Assembly (NCBI GenBank): GCA_002472565.1 | Contig: DKSK01000012.1 | Location: forward strand, 7,579-71,578 | Length of the DNA stretch: 64,000 nucleotides | Origin: Bacteroidales bacterium UBA7258 | GTDB lineage: Bacteria; Bacteroidota; Bacteroidia; Bacteroidales; UBA932 | Direction of reading: 5' to 3' | Shown: positions 20,568 through 30,677 of the stretch, in pieces | Position numbering within the stretch: the stretch's first letter is position 1 | Layout of the letters: the number at the start of each line of letters is the position of its first letter | Notes under the pieces: model-generated | Database searches by the model: none | The model's input: only the letters and a program-made list of their open reading frames with translations | What the model was told of the DNA's origin: nothing | Made by a program: the position numbers and the translations under genes

Positions 20568-21404
20568 TTACGAAAGAGAGGCGAAATCGCCGGTGAGCCG
20601 GATGAAGTCTTCCACGCCGAGACGCTCCGGCCTGAGATCGAAGACGGGGGCTGAAAGGAAGGCTGAGACTTTATCAGGATCGGAAACCTTCTCCAAAGCT
20701 ATAATTTTCAGAGAGTTGCGCAATGTTTTCCGCCTCATCCCGAAGCTCGTTTTGACTATTCTGCGGAAGAGAGCCTCATCGACTCCGAGCTCTTTTCGTG
20801 TATTCCTTCTCAGGCGGATGACTGCCGACAGAACCTTCGGAGGAGGGGCGAAGGCACCGGGAGGTACAGTGAAAAGATATTCAATATCATACCAGGCCTG
20901 GAGGAAAACAGAGAGTATCCCGTAGGTCTTGCTCCCAGGTTTCTCGGCAAGGCGTTCGGCTACTTCTTTCTGTATCATGCAGACGACCTCCGGGACCCTG
21001 TCTCTTTCGTCAAGTACGCGGAAGAAAATCTGCGAAGAAATGTTGTATGGAAAGTTGCCGATTATAAGATACTCCTTCGGAAACCAGGCTTTCAGATCCA
21101 TCTTCAAGAAGTCCTCTCCGTCCAGCCTTCCCTTCATCCTCGGGAAGTGGCTGAGAATATAGGAGGCCGCCTCAGGGTCGAGTTCTACGGCCTTAAGATC
21201 GAGGTCTTTCCTCTGCAGGAGGTACTGTGTGAGAACTCCCATTCCAGGCCCTATTTCCAGGGTCGGGAAAGGCTTTGCCGCGCTTGAGGCCGCCTCCCCC
21301 TCTCTTCCCTCCGGCGGTACTACGAGGGCGTCCACGATCCTTCTGGCTGCCGAAAGGTCGGTCAGAAAGTGCTGCCCGAGGGCTTTTTTCGGAGTTACAT
21401 CCAT
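20568..21404 (-). CDS. rsmA: 16S rRNA adenine dimethyltransferase
   Basis: KKALGQHFL, LEIGPGMG, GNFPYNISS and F.PPPKV.S. ATG 21404 lies 1 nt after the cupin stop. Confidence 0.96.
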   Translation of the reverse strand: MDVTPKKALGQHFLTDLSAARRIVDALVVPPEGREGEAASSAAKPFPTLEIGPGMGVLTQYLLQRKDLDLKAVELDPEAASYILSHFPRMKGRLDGEDFLKMDLKAWFPKEYLIIGNFPYNISSQIFFRVLDERDRVPEVVCMIQKEVAERLAEKPGSKTYGILSVFLQAWYDIEYLFTVPPGAFAPPPKVLSAVIRLRRNTRKELGVDEALFRRIVKTSFGMRRKTLRNSLKIIALEKVSDPDKVSAFLSAPVFDLRPERLGVEDFIRLTGDFASLS

Positions 21405-21405
21405 G

Positions 21406-21738
21406 CTATCGCACTTCTGCAACAACGCAGTAAATTTCGAGATTGGCGGACCCGGTGTTGGTCAGGCTGTGCCAATGGCCTTTTTCGCAGTAGGTCACTT
21501 GTCCGGCCTTCACCTTGGATTCCACGCCGTCTTCATTGACCGTCCCCTCGCCGGAGAGGATGTAGATAAGTTCGCAGTTATTCTCGTGCTGGTGATAGCC
21601 GATGCTGCATCCAGGCTCGAGATAGGCGAGATTTAGCCGGCAGGTCCCGTCGTAGAACATCTTTCCCATCAGTCTTCCCTTTCCACCCTTGAAGTTGGGG
21701 AAGGCTTCATAATTCATTGAATTAAAATCTATTGTCAT
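21406..21738 (-). CDS. Cupin-domain protein
   Basis: Cupin metal motif H-x-H-x4-E (YHQHENNCE) and GHWHSLTN. Confidence 0.85.
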   Translation of the reverse strand: MTIDFNSMNYEAFPNFKGGKGRLMGKMFYDGTCRLNLAYLEPGCSIGYHQHENNCELIYILSGEGTVNEDGVESKVKAGQVTYCEKGHWHSLTNTGSANLEIYCVVAEVR

Positions 21739-21747
21739 TGCATTAAT

Positions 21748-24288
21748 CTATTTCGTGCATTCTCTCAGGAGACCCTCGCCGAGGTTGATGGTGTAGCCGT
21801 GTGAGAGGAACCATGCGTTTTTCCTGCTGTCGGCAACAACGAAGACTGGAAAGTCAGATGATTTCAGGCTTCTGCCGAGAAGTTTTTCTATCTGCGGAGC
21901 AAGTCCCCCATCGTCCGTTATCAGACTTGTAGAGACAGGAAGCTTTCCGAAACGCCCGGCCGAAATATCTTTCTCAAGGCCCGCCTTCTGCTCTTCGGAA
22001 GGGCAGACCAGCAGAACCGGGATTCTCTCTCTTTCGAAGAGCGGAGCGACCTTGGCTATGTCTCGCAGAGCATGGTCGCAAGGTTCTCCTCCTGCTCCTA
22101 GCAGACCGAGCACATATTTCCCGGCCTTAAGTGAGACACCCTTCGGAGCTGAGAAGGCTCCAATGCGGGCCGGACTCTCGTCCGACTCGCGGATTACAAG
22201 TTCTACGGTCGTGGTGGAATCTTTCACTATGCGGAAGAAGGTGAGCGAGGCCGGTATGCTCCCATCAGGGAGACGCGAGCCACAAACCAGCTCATATTCT
22301 CCCTCATCCAGATTCACTCCTTCGGCGAAAGTCTGCCAGCCGGCTCCTCCGCCCATGTCGACTTCTCCTTCGTCATATTCGAGCAGAGACGGTCTCCCGC
22401 CCGATATGCGCGATATGGTGAAATTCAGATAATACTTCGGCTCGCTCACTCCTGCCGAAGGCTTGAAGGTCAGTACCAGACGGCCCTCAGGAGCCACGGT
22501 CTTCACTCCTCCGTCAAAGTCTACGTCCGTCCAGGTTCCTTCCGAGGAGTCTGCTTCCGCCCTCAGGCCCTTCACTCCTGGAGCCGGCCCGAGAGCCGTG
22601 GCTGAAGCCTTGCGGTACTGGATTTTACCTGTGACCGGATCTTTCCTGGCATCTATGCCGAGAGTCCTGGCGAGGGCCACGAAGAAAATGTCGCGGGACC
22701 TTGCCGGAGCCTTGCGTCGATTCCATACGGCTTTCGGGGACATAGGAATGTCCCAGGCTCCCGGAGTGTCATCCACTTCAATATTCTTGCGGACCCAGGT
22801 GATCAGATTGAAAGGGGAGGATAGTGAGGATACCTCGTCCGGAGAAAGCACGTCGGCGAAGAAACCCTTGTAGGCCGAGAGATATTCGTTCTCTACGCGC
22901 GGGCAGAGTACACTGCCGACGGCTTGGTAGTTGTCTTCGAGGATTTCAGCACTGACATCCCTGAGGTCCTTTTGGCTCAGAGACGTCAGGAGGGCAATTG
23001 AACGAGAGTCGCAGCCATGGGAACGCAGGAAGTCCTTTATGATCTGATAGTTTCCATAGGAGCGGAGCAGCAAGTTCTTGACTGTGAGGGTGTCCGCACC
23101 TATGGCTCCGGCGGAGACGGCGAAGATCGCCGCTGTGGTATCGTTCTCGAAGCTGGCCATGTAGGCGTTTCTTATAGAGTCTTCGCTCGAGAGCCGCTTG
23201 TCGTTTAGGGCTCTCTGAGCGGCGCTTACCACCGGCATCACTACATTTTCCGCCGGAGGCACTATATCGAGCGCCTCATAGGCAGATACGGGTACCTTTC
23301 CGAGAACGATTCTCACCAGGCTGTCCCGTCCGAAGGAAGCCAGGGCGTGGCCGCAAAGTCCGTCTTTAGAAGCCCAGACAAGCATATCCCCTTTGCCGGC
23401 GCTCATCCTGACCTCTCCCGAGGCATCGGTGTATTCTGACACCGCAGGATAAAATTCCGCATAGTTGTAGATGCAGAAGGCGACCCTTGCACTGTCAACC
23501 GCCCTTCCGAGACTGTCTTCGACATGAACTTTTATCGGAGCGACGGCTGTATAGTTAGCCGTTAAGTTAATTTCAGTGTAGTTAGGTCCTTCAAATACGA
23601 CTTCCTCCGGCCCTTCATAGTGACCGAAGACCTTTGTGTGCATCAAGAGCCCTCTGCTCGCAGGAGCATTGAACCAGCCGAGGTCAAGAACTGGTTCCGG
23701 CTCGCAGGCTCCGAGAAAATGCCACTTCCCGTTCGCCCAAGCTTCTACCCAGGCATGGTTGTCATCGGTATGAGCCCAGCGTGGGGTGTAGACCTGGCGG
23801 GCAGGAATGCCTACGGAACGGAGTGCCGCGACAAGGAGGGTGGATTCTTCCCCGCAACGTCCAAAAGAGCTTCGGACGCTCTGGAGCGGAGAGGAGGTAC
23901 GGGCGTCTGAAGGCCTGTAGGTGACCTTCTCATGGCACCAGTGATTGACCTCCAGAATAGCGTCTTCGGCCGAAAGGCTGTCTACCAGAGGCTTCAGCTC
24001 ACGGTAGAAGACCAGCCTGGCCGTGTCGAGCGGCTCGTTGTTGACTCGTATCGGGATTACGAAATGGAGGAAGAGGTCGTCGGGGACCGAAGCCCCCCAT
24101 GGCATCTCTTTCCTGGTCTGGAGAGAGGCTCTGACGTTGGCCCTGAAGAAGGCCTCGTCATTGTCCATTATGTCCGCCGCAGGAGAATATTCGTAGAGGA
24201 AGTTCATGGCTTCCTTCTCCATGTCGATTTTTCCTGAGCAGCCCGCCAGGGCGAACAGGCAGACTGCGAATAACGCCGAGCGCCTCAT
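21748..24288 (-). CDS. Transglutaminase-like domain lipoprotein
   Basis: Lipobox LAGC, catalytic-type motifs GRCGEES and HAWVEAW, and PIRVNNE. Confidence 0.85.
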   Translation of the reverse strand: MRRSALFAVCLFALAGCSGKIDMEKEAMNFLYEYSPAADIMDNDEAFFRANVRASLQTRKEMPWGASVPDDLFLHFVIPIRVNNEPLDTARLVFYRELKPLVDSLSAEDAILEVNHWCHEKVTYRPSDARTSSPLQSVRSSFGRCGEESTLLVAALRSVGIPARQVYTPRWAHTDDNHAWVEAWANGKWHFLGACEPEPVLDLGWFNAPASRGLLMHTKVFGHYEGPEEVVFEGPNYTEINLTANYTAVAPIKVHVEDSLGRAVDSARVAFCIYNYAEFYPAVSEYTDASGEVRMSAGKGDMLVWASKDGLCGHALASFGRDSLVRIVLGKVPVSAYEALDIVPPAENVVMPVVSAAQRALNDKRLSSEDSIRNAYMASFENDTTAAIFAVSAGAIGADTLTVKNLLLRSYGNYQIIKDFLRSHGCDSRSIALLTSLSQKDLRDVSAEILEDNYQAVGSVLCPRVENEYLSAYKGFFADVLSPDEVSSLSSPFNLITWVRKNIEVDDTPGAWDIPMSPKAVWNRRKAPARSRDIFFVALARTLGIDARKDPVTGKIQYRKASATALGPAPGVKGLRAEADSSEGTWTDVDFDGGVKTVAPEGRLVLTFKPSAGVSEPKYYLNFTISRISGGRPSLLEYDEGEVDMGGGAGWQTFAEGVNLDEGEYELVCGSRLPDGSIPASLTFFRIVKDSTTTVELVIRESDESPARIGAFSAPKGVSLKAGKYVLGLLGAGGEPCDHALRDIAKVAPLFERERIPVLLVCPSEEQKAGLEKDISAGRFGKLPVSTSLITDDGGLAPQIEKLLGRSLKSSDFPVFVVADSRKNAWFLSHGYTINLGEGLLRECTK

Positions 24289-24297
24289 ATCTTTGAG

Positions 24298-25365
24298 TTA
24301 TTTCATTATTTCTTCAACCAGGTTTTTCGCAAGATTTACGAAGGCGACTCCGTCAGGACGTGAGGACAGAGCGGCAGGTTCTCCGCTGTCCCCGCTCTCG
24401 CGTATGCCTTGTACGATAGGGATCTGGCCGAGAAGAGGAATCCCGAAGTGCCTGGCCATCTCCACACCACCGTTCTTTCCGAAGATGTAATACTTATTCT
24501 CCGGAAGTTCTTCAGGCGTGAACCAGGCCATGTTCTCGACAAGGCCGAAAATTTTCCTGTTGATCTTGTCATTTCTAAACATATCGACTCCTTTCTCCAC
24601 ATCGGATAGAGCGACTGCCTGAGGAGTGGTCACGATGACGGCACCTTCCATAGGTATGTCGTTGACCAGCGAAATATGAATGTCCCCGGTTCCCGGCGGC
24701 ATGTCTATGAGGAGGAAGTCAAGTTCTCCCCAATGCACCTGCAAGATCATCTGTTTCAAGGCGTTGCAGGCCATAGGGCCTCTCCATATCAGGGCCTGGC
24801 CCTTCTCGGCGAAATAGCCTATGGACATCCATTTCACTCCGTATTTCTCGATAGGGAGTATCAATTCTTTACCGTCTTTTTCCTCGGCTTCCGGCATCTG
24901 GTCTTCTGTTCCGGTCATTATCGGAACGGAAGGCCCGTAGACATCGGCATCTGCAAGACCTACTTTATATCCGAGACGGGCTAGGGCAACGGCGAGATTG
25001 ACCGCCACCGTGGATTTTCCGACCCCTCCCTTTCCGGAAGCGACCCCGATTATATGGGCTACATTGTTGACTTCCTCAAGCCCGAGATTAAGACCGGGCT
25101 GTTTTTTCTGTGCTGCTTCACGAACTATGGTGTCTACTTCTATTTCAGTCACTTCCGGAGCCTGGCGGTAAATCGCCGCCTTTACGCTTCCGATGAGATA
25201 GTCCGCAAGCGGATCCCTCCTCTTCGGGAAGGCGAGCGTCACCTTGACCTTGCCCCCGTCAATCTCCACCTTGTCAACCATCCCCAGCTCAACGATGTTC
25301 TTGTCACCCTTGGCCGGGTGCTTCACATCGAAGAGGAACTTCATTATTTCGTTTTCCTTCAGCAT
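24298..25365 (-). CDS. mrp: Mrp/NBP35 (ApbC) Fe-S cluster carrier ATPase
   Basis: N-terminal DUF59-like domain, SGKGGVGKST, DADVYGPS, DMPPGTGD and VENM. Confidence 0.93.
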   Translation of the reverse strand: MLKENEIMKFLFDVKHPAKGDKNIVELGMVDKVEIDGGKVKVTLAFPKRRDPLADYLIGSVKAAIYRQAPEVTEIEVDTIVREAAQKKQPGLNLGLEEVNNVAHIIGVASGKGGVGKSTVAVNLAVALARLGYKVGLADADVYGPSVPIMTGTEDQMPEAEEKDGKELILPIEKYGVKWMSIGYFAEKGQALIWRGPMACNALKQMILQVHWGELDFLLIDMPPGTGDIHISLVNDIPMEGAVIVTTPQAVALSDVEKGVDMFRNDKINRKIFGLVENMAWFTPEELPENKYYIFGKNGGVEMARHFGIPLLGQIPIVQGIRESGDSGEPAALSSRPDGVAFVNLAKNLVEEIMK

Positions 25366-25366
25366 A

Positions 25367-27505
25367 TTATTTTACGATATTCATTTCATCGAGAAGATAG
25401 CCTGCGCCTCCGACCTTCTCCATGGCGAAGAGTACGTAGCGAATGTCTACGCATATGCACCTCTGGAGATTAGGCTCGAAGCAGACGTCGCTTGACATGG
25501 ACTCCCAGTTGCCGTCGAAGGCGAGACCGATCAGGTTGCCCTCAGCGTCAAGCACAGGGCTGCCGGAATTTCCTCCGGTAATGTCGTTGTTGGTCAGGAA
25601 GCAGGTATGGACTTTGCCGTCCGAAGCGTCCGCATACTGGCCGAAGTCGCCTTTGGCATAGAGTTCCTTAAGCCTGGCTGGTACGATGAATTCGTAGTTG
25701 GTGCTGTCCTCTTTCTCCATGACTCCGTCAAGCGTCGTGTAATACTTGTACTCGACTCCGTCCTTAGGCGAATAACCTCCCACTGTGCCGTAGGTCAGCC
25801 TCATGGTGAAGTTGGCGTCCGGATAGGAAGCCTTTCCCTTCTGCCATTCCAACAGGCCTTTGGTCAAGATCCTGTTGCCTTCCGAAATGTCCTTGCTTCT
25901 GGACGCAGCATTTGCGTACATGCTTATGAGCTTATTGCTTACGGCGTTACTGAACTTGGTTGCAGGGTCGTTGAGCAAGTCTTTTTGAGTCTTGATCTTG
26001 TCCAAAGTTTCCGGAGATCTGAAGGCTGTAGCGTCAAAGAGGCCGTCGATATATTTGTCGGAGTCCGCTGTACGCAGATCTACGCCGTCAATAAGCAGTG
26101 GCGAGTCTTCGGTCGTGTTGTCAAGATAGAAACGGAGCATGACCTTGCCCATCTTGCGCTCGAGAGCCTCGTCATAATCCTTGAACAAGGCGAGCGCAGC
26201 CGCCTTTCCGGAGGCAATTGCAGATGCGGTGTCGGACGGATTCTTTCTCAATGCCGCCCTGAAACCCATATTGAATCTTCCGACAGGGCTTATAGGCCAT
26301 ATTGTATAGATGGAATTCTGTATAAGTGTACCCTCTTCATTTGCATGGGCATCTGCGGCCACAGCTTTATCGATCTGGGCTATAGCCTTCCCATACTCGG
26401 CCTCTCTCTTCGAATTCTTTGATACCCAGGCCATGAAATCGGCCTCTTTCTGCTTCTCTCTTGGTATGATTCCGAGCTTGTCGAAGGCAAGCTGCTCCCC
26501 CTGCCACTTTTTCCAGCCGTTGGCCGAGGAAGCGTATTTGTTGGCATATTTCAGCCTTATTGCAGGATCAGACTCCATGCCCTGGACCATAACGTTCTGC
26601 CTTGCCGTCCTCGCCCTGACTGCGATTCCGTTCTGCCTCATCATTTCTTCAAGCTGGGAGGCCGTCTGGAACCTCTGGGTCCTTCCAGGGTAGCCCATAA
26701 TCATGGCGTAATCACCCGGCTTCATCCCCTTCAGAGAAATTTTGAGGCTTCTGGCAGGCACGTAAGGCACATTGTCAGGAGAATATGAGGCTGGCTTGTT
26801 GTCGGCTCCGGCATAGACCCTGAACATCGAAAAGTCGCAGGTCTGTCTCGGCCACATCCAGTTGTCGGTCTCCCCGCCGAATTTACCCATGGACGCAGGC
26901 GGAGCCCCTACGAAACGGATGTCCCTGTATGTCTTGTAGGTCATGAGATAGAAGACGTTCTCATTGTAGAACGGCATGACCTCGACCTCGCAGTCCGGAT
27001 TCATGGCTGACACTTCTTTCTGGACATAAACGAAGAAGGAGTCGACCAAGGCCTGGGCGTCCAGACCCTTCTTTCCTGCCTGCCTGCGTACTGACGCTAC
27101 GTCGTCGGTGATATCCTTCATGTTCACGAGGAAGGTTACGCTCAGGCCTGGAACAGGAATCTCTTTGTCCCTGGTCATAGCCCAGTAGCCGTCTTCAAGG
27201 TAGTTGTGCTCTGGTGTTGAAAGCCCCTGGATGGAGCTATAGCCGCAATGATGGTTCGTTACAAGAAGTCCTTCGTCTGAAATCATCTCTCCTGTGCATC
27301 CTCCGCCGAACTGGACGATTGCATCCTTGAGGGAAGAATGGTTGATGGAATAGATTTCATCAGGGCTGAGTCTGCATCCGAGGTCCTTGATGACCTTTCC
27401 GTTGAGTTTCTGCAAGGTAGGAAGCAGCCACATGCCTTCGTCAGCCATTGACGGGAAGGCGGCGGCCATGCTCAAAGCCAAAAAGAAAAGAACTTTCTTG
27501 AACAT
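25367..27505 (-). CDS. S46 family dipeptidyl peptidase (DPP7-like)
   Basis: ADEGMW, TNHHC, NWMWPRQTCDFS and catalytic TGGNSGSPV. Start re-set to ATG 27505 because a TATATTTG promoter box (27530-27537) covers the longer start. Confidence 0.92.
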   Translation of the reverse strand: MFKKVLFFLALSMAAAFPSMADEGMWLLPTLQKLNGKVIKDLGCRLSPDEIYSINHSSLKDAIVQFGGGCTGEMISDEGLLVTNHHCGYSSIQGLSTPEHNYLEDGYWAMTRDKEIPVPGLSVTFLVNMKDITDDVASVRRQAGKKGLDAQALVDSFFVYVQKEVSAMNPDCEVEVMPFYNENVFYLMTYKTYRDIRFVGAPPASMGKFGGETDNWMWPRQTCDFSMFRVYAGADNKPASYSPDNVPYVPARSLKISLKGMKPGDYAMIMGYPGRTQRFQTASQLEEMMRQNGIAVRARTARQNVMVQGMESDPAIRLKYANKYASSANGWKKWQGEQLAFDKLGIIPREKQKEADFMAWVSKNSKREAEYGKAIAQIDKAVAADAHANEEGTLIQNSIYTIWPISPVGRFNMGFRAALRKNPSDTASAIASGKAAALALFKDYDEALERKMGKVMLRFYLDNTTEDSPLLIDGVDLRTADSDKYIDGLFDATAFRSPETLDKIKTQKDLLNDPATKFSNAVSNKLISMYANAASRSKDISEGNRILTKGLLEWQKGKASYPDANFTMRLTYGTVGGYSPKDGVEYKYYTTLDGVMEKEDSTNYEFIVPARLKELYAKGDFGQYADASDGKVHTCFLTNNDITGGNSGSPVLDAEGNLIGLAFDGNWESMSSDVCFEPNLQRCICVDIRYVLFAMEKVGGAGYLLDEMNIVK

Positions 27506-27544
27506 ATTGACATAAGTTATGTGTTGTTGCAAATATAGGGATTA

Positions 27545-28174
27545 TCAGTCAAACAAAGAGGGCTCCAGACTCTTCGGCCTGAAGCTTCTCCGGTGCCATG
27601 GAGTAAGTCCGAACTTCTTTATCGCCTCCAGGTGTTCCTTCGTGGGGTAGCCGAAGTTCCTCTCCCAGCCATATTCCGGATAAGTTTCCGCAAGTTTCCT
27701 CATGAAGGCGTCCCTGTGGGTCTTTGCCAGGACTGAGGCCGCCGCGATGCTGGCGAAAGTCGCGTCTCCATGAACGACGGTCTGGTAGGGAAAGCCCCCG
27801 AAGGGTCTGAACTTGTTCCCGTCGATCAGCAAGAAGTCCGGCCTGCGCTTCAGTTTCATGACTGCCCTCTGCATCCCTTTCACGCTGGCCCAAAGGATGT
27901 TGAGGGAGTCGATTTCCTCCGGCGAGACTGCTTCTACAGCCCAGTCGGCTTCCGCTTCTATGATGGTCCTGAGTTCGTTCCGGGCCTTTTCCGTCATCTG
28001 CTTCGAGTCGTTGAGGCGGGCCTTGGCCAGGGTGTCTCCGGTCCCGAAAAAGTTTTCAGGCAGAATGACAGCCGCGGTGAAGACAGGTCCGGCGAGCGGG
28101 CCTCTTCCGGCCTCGTCGCAGCCTGCCTCAATTCTTCCCTTTTCCAGGAACTCCTTCAAACGAATCTCTTTCAT
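27545..28174 (-). CDS. rnhB: Ribonuclease HII
   Basis: GCDEAGRGPLAGPV, LNDSKQ, LLIDGN, SIAAASVLAK and HRRSF. Confidence 0.96.
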   Translation of the reverse strand: MKEIRLKEFLEKGRIEAGCDEAGRGPLAGPVFTAAVILPENFFGTGDTLAKARLNDSKQMTEKARNELRTIIEAEADWAVEAVSPEEIDSLNILWASVKGMQRAVMKLKRRPDFLLIDGNKFRPFGGFPYQTVVHGDATFASIAAASVLAKTHRDAFMRKLAETYPEYGWERNFGYPTKEHLEAIKKFGLTPWHRRSFRPKSLEPSLFD

Positions 28175-28210
28175 GGTGTCTGTTGTCTAGATGCCCTTCG
28201 GAAATGACAA

Positions 28211-28238
28211 GTCCGGGCCACCTCGTGATGGTCCGGAC
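28211..28238. terminator. Hairpin downstream of the EF-G paralogue (probable terminator)
   Basis: 10-bp stem GTCCGGGCCA / TGGTCCGGAC with one G.T pair; the U tract is weak. Confidence 0.45.
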
Positions 28239-28302
28239 AATAAAGATAAGAATATTTACCCGTTTTCGTCGCCTGGCGGAGGGTAAATACATTATTTCAG
28301 AC

Positions 28303-30459
28303 TTATTCCTCTTCCTTGCTCTGGGCGTCGTAGTCCGCGAGGAGTTTTGTCTGGACATCGCCAGGAACAGGCTGATAGTCCGCGAATTCCATGGTGAACG
28401 TGGCCGCGCCTGAAGTCAGCGAGCTGAGGGTAGTGGAATAGCGGTAGAGTTCCGCGAGCGGAACGCGGGCCTTGAGGACGGAGAAGCCGTTCTCGCTTGA
28501 CATTCCTTCGATGATGGCTCTGCGGTTCTGAAGGTCGCTCATGCAGGCTCCCATGTAGTCGGCAGGGGTGAGGATTTCTACATTGTAGATAGGTTCCAGA
28601 ATCTTCGGCCCGGCATTGCGGAAGGCCTCCTTGAAGGCATTGCGAGCGGCAAGTACGAAGGAAATTTCGTTGGAATCTACCGGATGCATCTTGCCGTCAT
28701 ATACGAAGACCCTGATGTCGCGGGCGTATGAACCTGTGAGAGGCCCCTCGTTCATTCTGTCCATGATTCCCTTGAGGATGGCAGGCATGAAGCGGGCGTC
28801 GATAGCTCCTCCTACGACGCAGTTGTAGAATTCGAGTTTTCCTCCCCATTCAAGTTCTATGGTTTCCTGGGTCTTAACGTTGAGAGTCGTATCCTTGCCG
28901 TCGATCTTGAACCTGTTAGTGAAAGGAACGCCTTCCTGGATAGGGCAGACGAGGAGATGGACTTCTCCGAACTGGCCAGCTCCGCCGGACTGCTTCTTGT
29001 GGCGGTACATGGCGTTGGCCACCTTGGTGATAGTCTCGCGGTAAGGAATCTTAGGCGCGTAAAGCTCTACAGGAACTCCGAATTCGTTTTCGAGACGATA
29101 TTTGATAATGTTGATATGCTGCTCGCCGTTTCCGCTCAATATGGTCTGTTTCAATTCTTTCGAATATTCGACGATAGCGGTAGGGTCCTGTGCCGAAATC
29201 TTCGCGAGAGCGTCTCCGAGCTTGGTCTCGTCGGTCTGTGTCTTCGCCTTGATAGCGCAGCGATACTTAGGAGCCGGGAAATTGATGTGCTCGACAGCTA
29301 TTCCCAGACCAGGCTGGCTGAGCGTCACATTGGTCTTTCCTGAGCGCAGCTTGACGGTGCAGCCGAGGTCTCCCGCCATGAGGTCGCTGACCTTCTCCTT
29401 CTTGGCCCCGGCCACGGCATAGATGGTGGAAATCCTTTCCCTGTTGCCGCTTTCCGGATCCTCAAGATCCTGTCCTTCATGGAGTTCTCCACTCACCACT
29501 TTGAAGTAGGATACATCTCCGAGATTCTTCTCGACATCTGCCTTATAGATGAAGATTACGGTAGGGGCATCCATCTTGCACGGGATATCCTTTCCGTCGA
29601 TTGATTTCTCGATTTTTTCGGAAGGAGAGGCGGCCGTCTTGATGGTGAACTCCATGAGACGCTTTACGCCGATGACCTTCTTCGCCGACAGGCAGAATAT
29701 AGGAAGCACTTCCGCGGCGCGGATTCCTATTCCGAGGCCCTTGCGGATTTCGTCCTCGGTAAGAGTACCCTTCTCAAAGAAGGTTTCCATGAGGGTATCA
29801 TCAAATTCCGCGGCCTTCTCAATGAGTTCCTGACGGAGCGTCTCGGCCTCGGCCTGGAACTCGGCAGGAATATCAAGGTCTTCGCGAGTGCCGTTCTCGT
29901 CTTTGAAATGATAATACTTCATCTTCAGGACGTCGATGAAGCCGTCGAAGCCCGCCCCGACCTTGGTAGGGAACTGGACGACGACCGGTTTGTTCCCGAA
30001 CGACTCCTTGAGGCCTGACAGAACCGTTTCCCAATCAGCCTTTTCGCCGTCAAGCTGATTGACTCCGATTATCATCGGAACGTGATACTTCTTTGCATAG
30101 CGGGCGAAAATCTCAGTTCCAACTTCGACTCCCTGTTGCGCGTTGACCAGAAGAATCGCATTCTCGCAGACCTTGAAAGCCGTTACTGTACCGCCTATGA
30201 AATCGTCTGAACCAGGAGTGTCCACGATGTTGAACTTCGTGTCCATGAACTCTGCGTACATAGGGGTCGCGTAGATCGACCTTTGGTTCATCTGCTCGAT
30301 TTCGGTGTTGTCCGACACCGTATTCTTGCCTTCAACGGTTCCACGGCGGTCAATGACCTTGCCTTCGTAGAGCATCGCTTCCGCTAATGTCGTCTTGCCG
30401 GATTTAGTACTTCCGAGCAAGACGACATTGCGGATGTCTTTTGTGGAATAAGATTTCAT
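28303..30459 (-). CDS. fusA2: Elongation factor G paralogue (EF-G2-like)
   Basis: Full EF-G architecture (DTPG, HKKQSGGAGQFG, YDGKMHPVDSNE, ILEPI) with degenerate GTPase motifs. Confidence 0.92.
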   Translation of the reverse strand: MKSYSTKDIRNVVLLGSTKSGKTTLAEAMLYEGKVIDRRGTVEGKNTVSDNTEIEQMNQRSIYATPMYAEFMDTKFNIVDTPGSDDFIGGTVTAFKVCENAILLVNAQQGVEVGTEIFARYAKKYHVPMIIGVNQLDGEKADWETVLSGLKESFGNKPVVVQFPTKVGAGFDGFIDVLKMKYYHFKDENGTREDLDIPAEFQAEAETLRQELIEKAAEFDDTLMETFFEKGTLTEDEIRKGLGIGIRAAEVLPIFCLSAKKVIGVKRLMEFTIKTAASPSEKIEKSIDGKDIPCKMDAPTVIFIYKADVEKNLGDVSYFKVVSGELHEGQDLEDPESGNRERISTIYAVAGAKKEKVSDLMAGDLGCTVKLRSGKTNVTLSQPGLGIAVEHINFPAPKYRCAIKAKTQTDETKLGDALAKISAQDPTAIVEYSKELKQTILSGNGEQHINIIKYRLENEFGVPVELYAPKIPYRETITKVANAMYRHKKQSGGAGQFGEVHLLVCPIQEGVPFTNRFKIDGKDTTLNVKTQETIELEWGGKLEFYNCVVGGAIDARFMPAILKGIMDRMNEGPLTGSYARDIRVFVYDGKMHPVDSNEISFVLAARNAFKEAFRNAGPKILEPIYNVEILTPADYMGACMSDLQNRRAIIEGMSSENGFSVLKARVPLAELYRYSTTLSSLTSGAATFTMEFADYQPVPGDVQTKLLADYDAQSKEEE

Positions 30460-30561
30460 AATGTTATAGTTTTGTGTTTTTACAGTTGAACCTTGTGCCT
30501 CGCCCGCTAATTACCCGTATTTCGGGTCTTTCCGAGTCGCGGAAATCAAACGAGGCGAAAG

Positions 30562-30569
30562 CAAATCTA
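30562..30569 (-). promoter_or_regulatory. -7 element for the EF-G paralogue
   Basis: TAGATTTG on the minus strand about 100 nt upstream of the ATG. Confidence 0.55.
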
Positions 30570-30677
30570 ATAAATTAAAAACGTATTAACAACACTCGCA
30601 TCAAAAAATAATAATAGACTTTTCCTGCATTGTCCAAGTCTATGATCTGCCAGTGCCGGCCTTTTTTCCAAGAGCTT

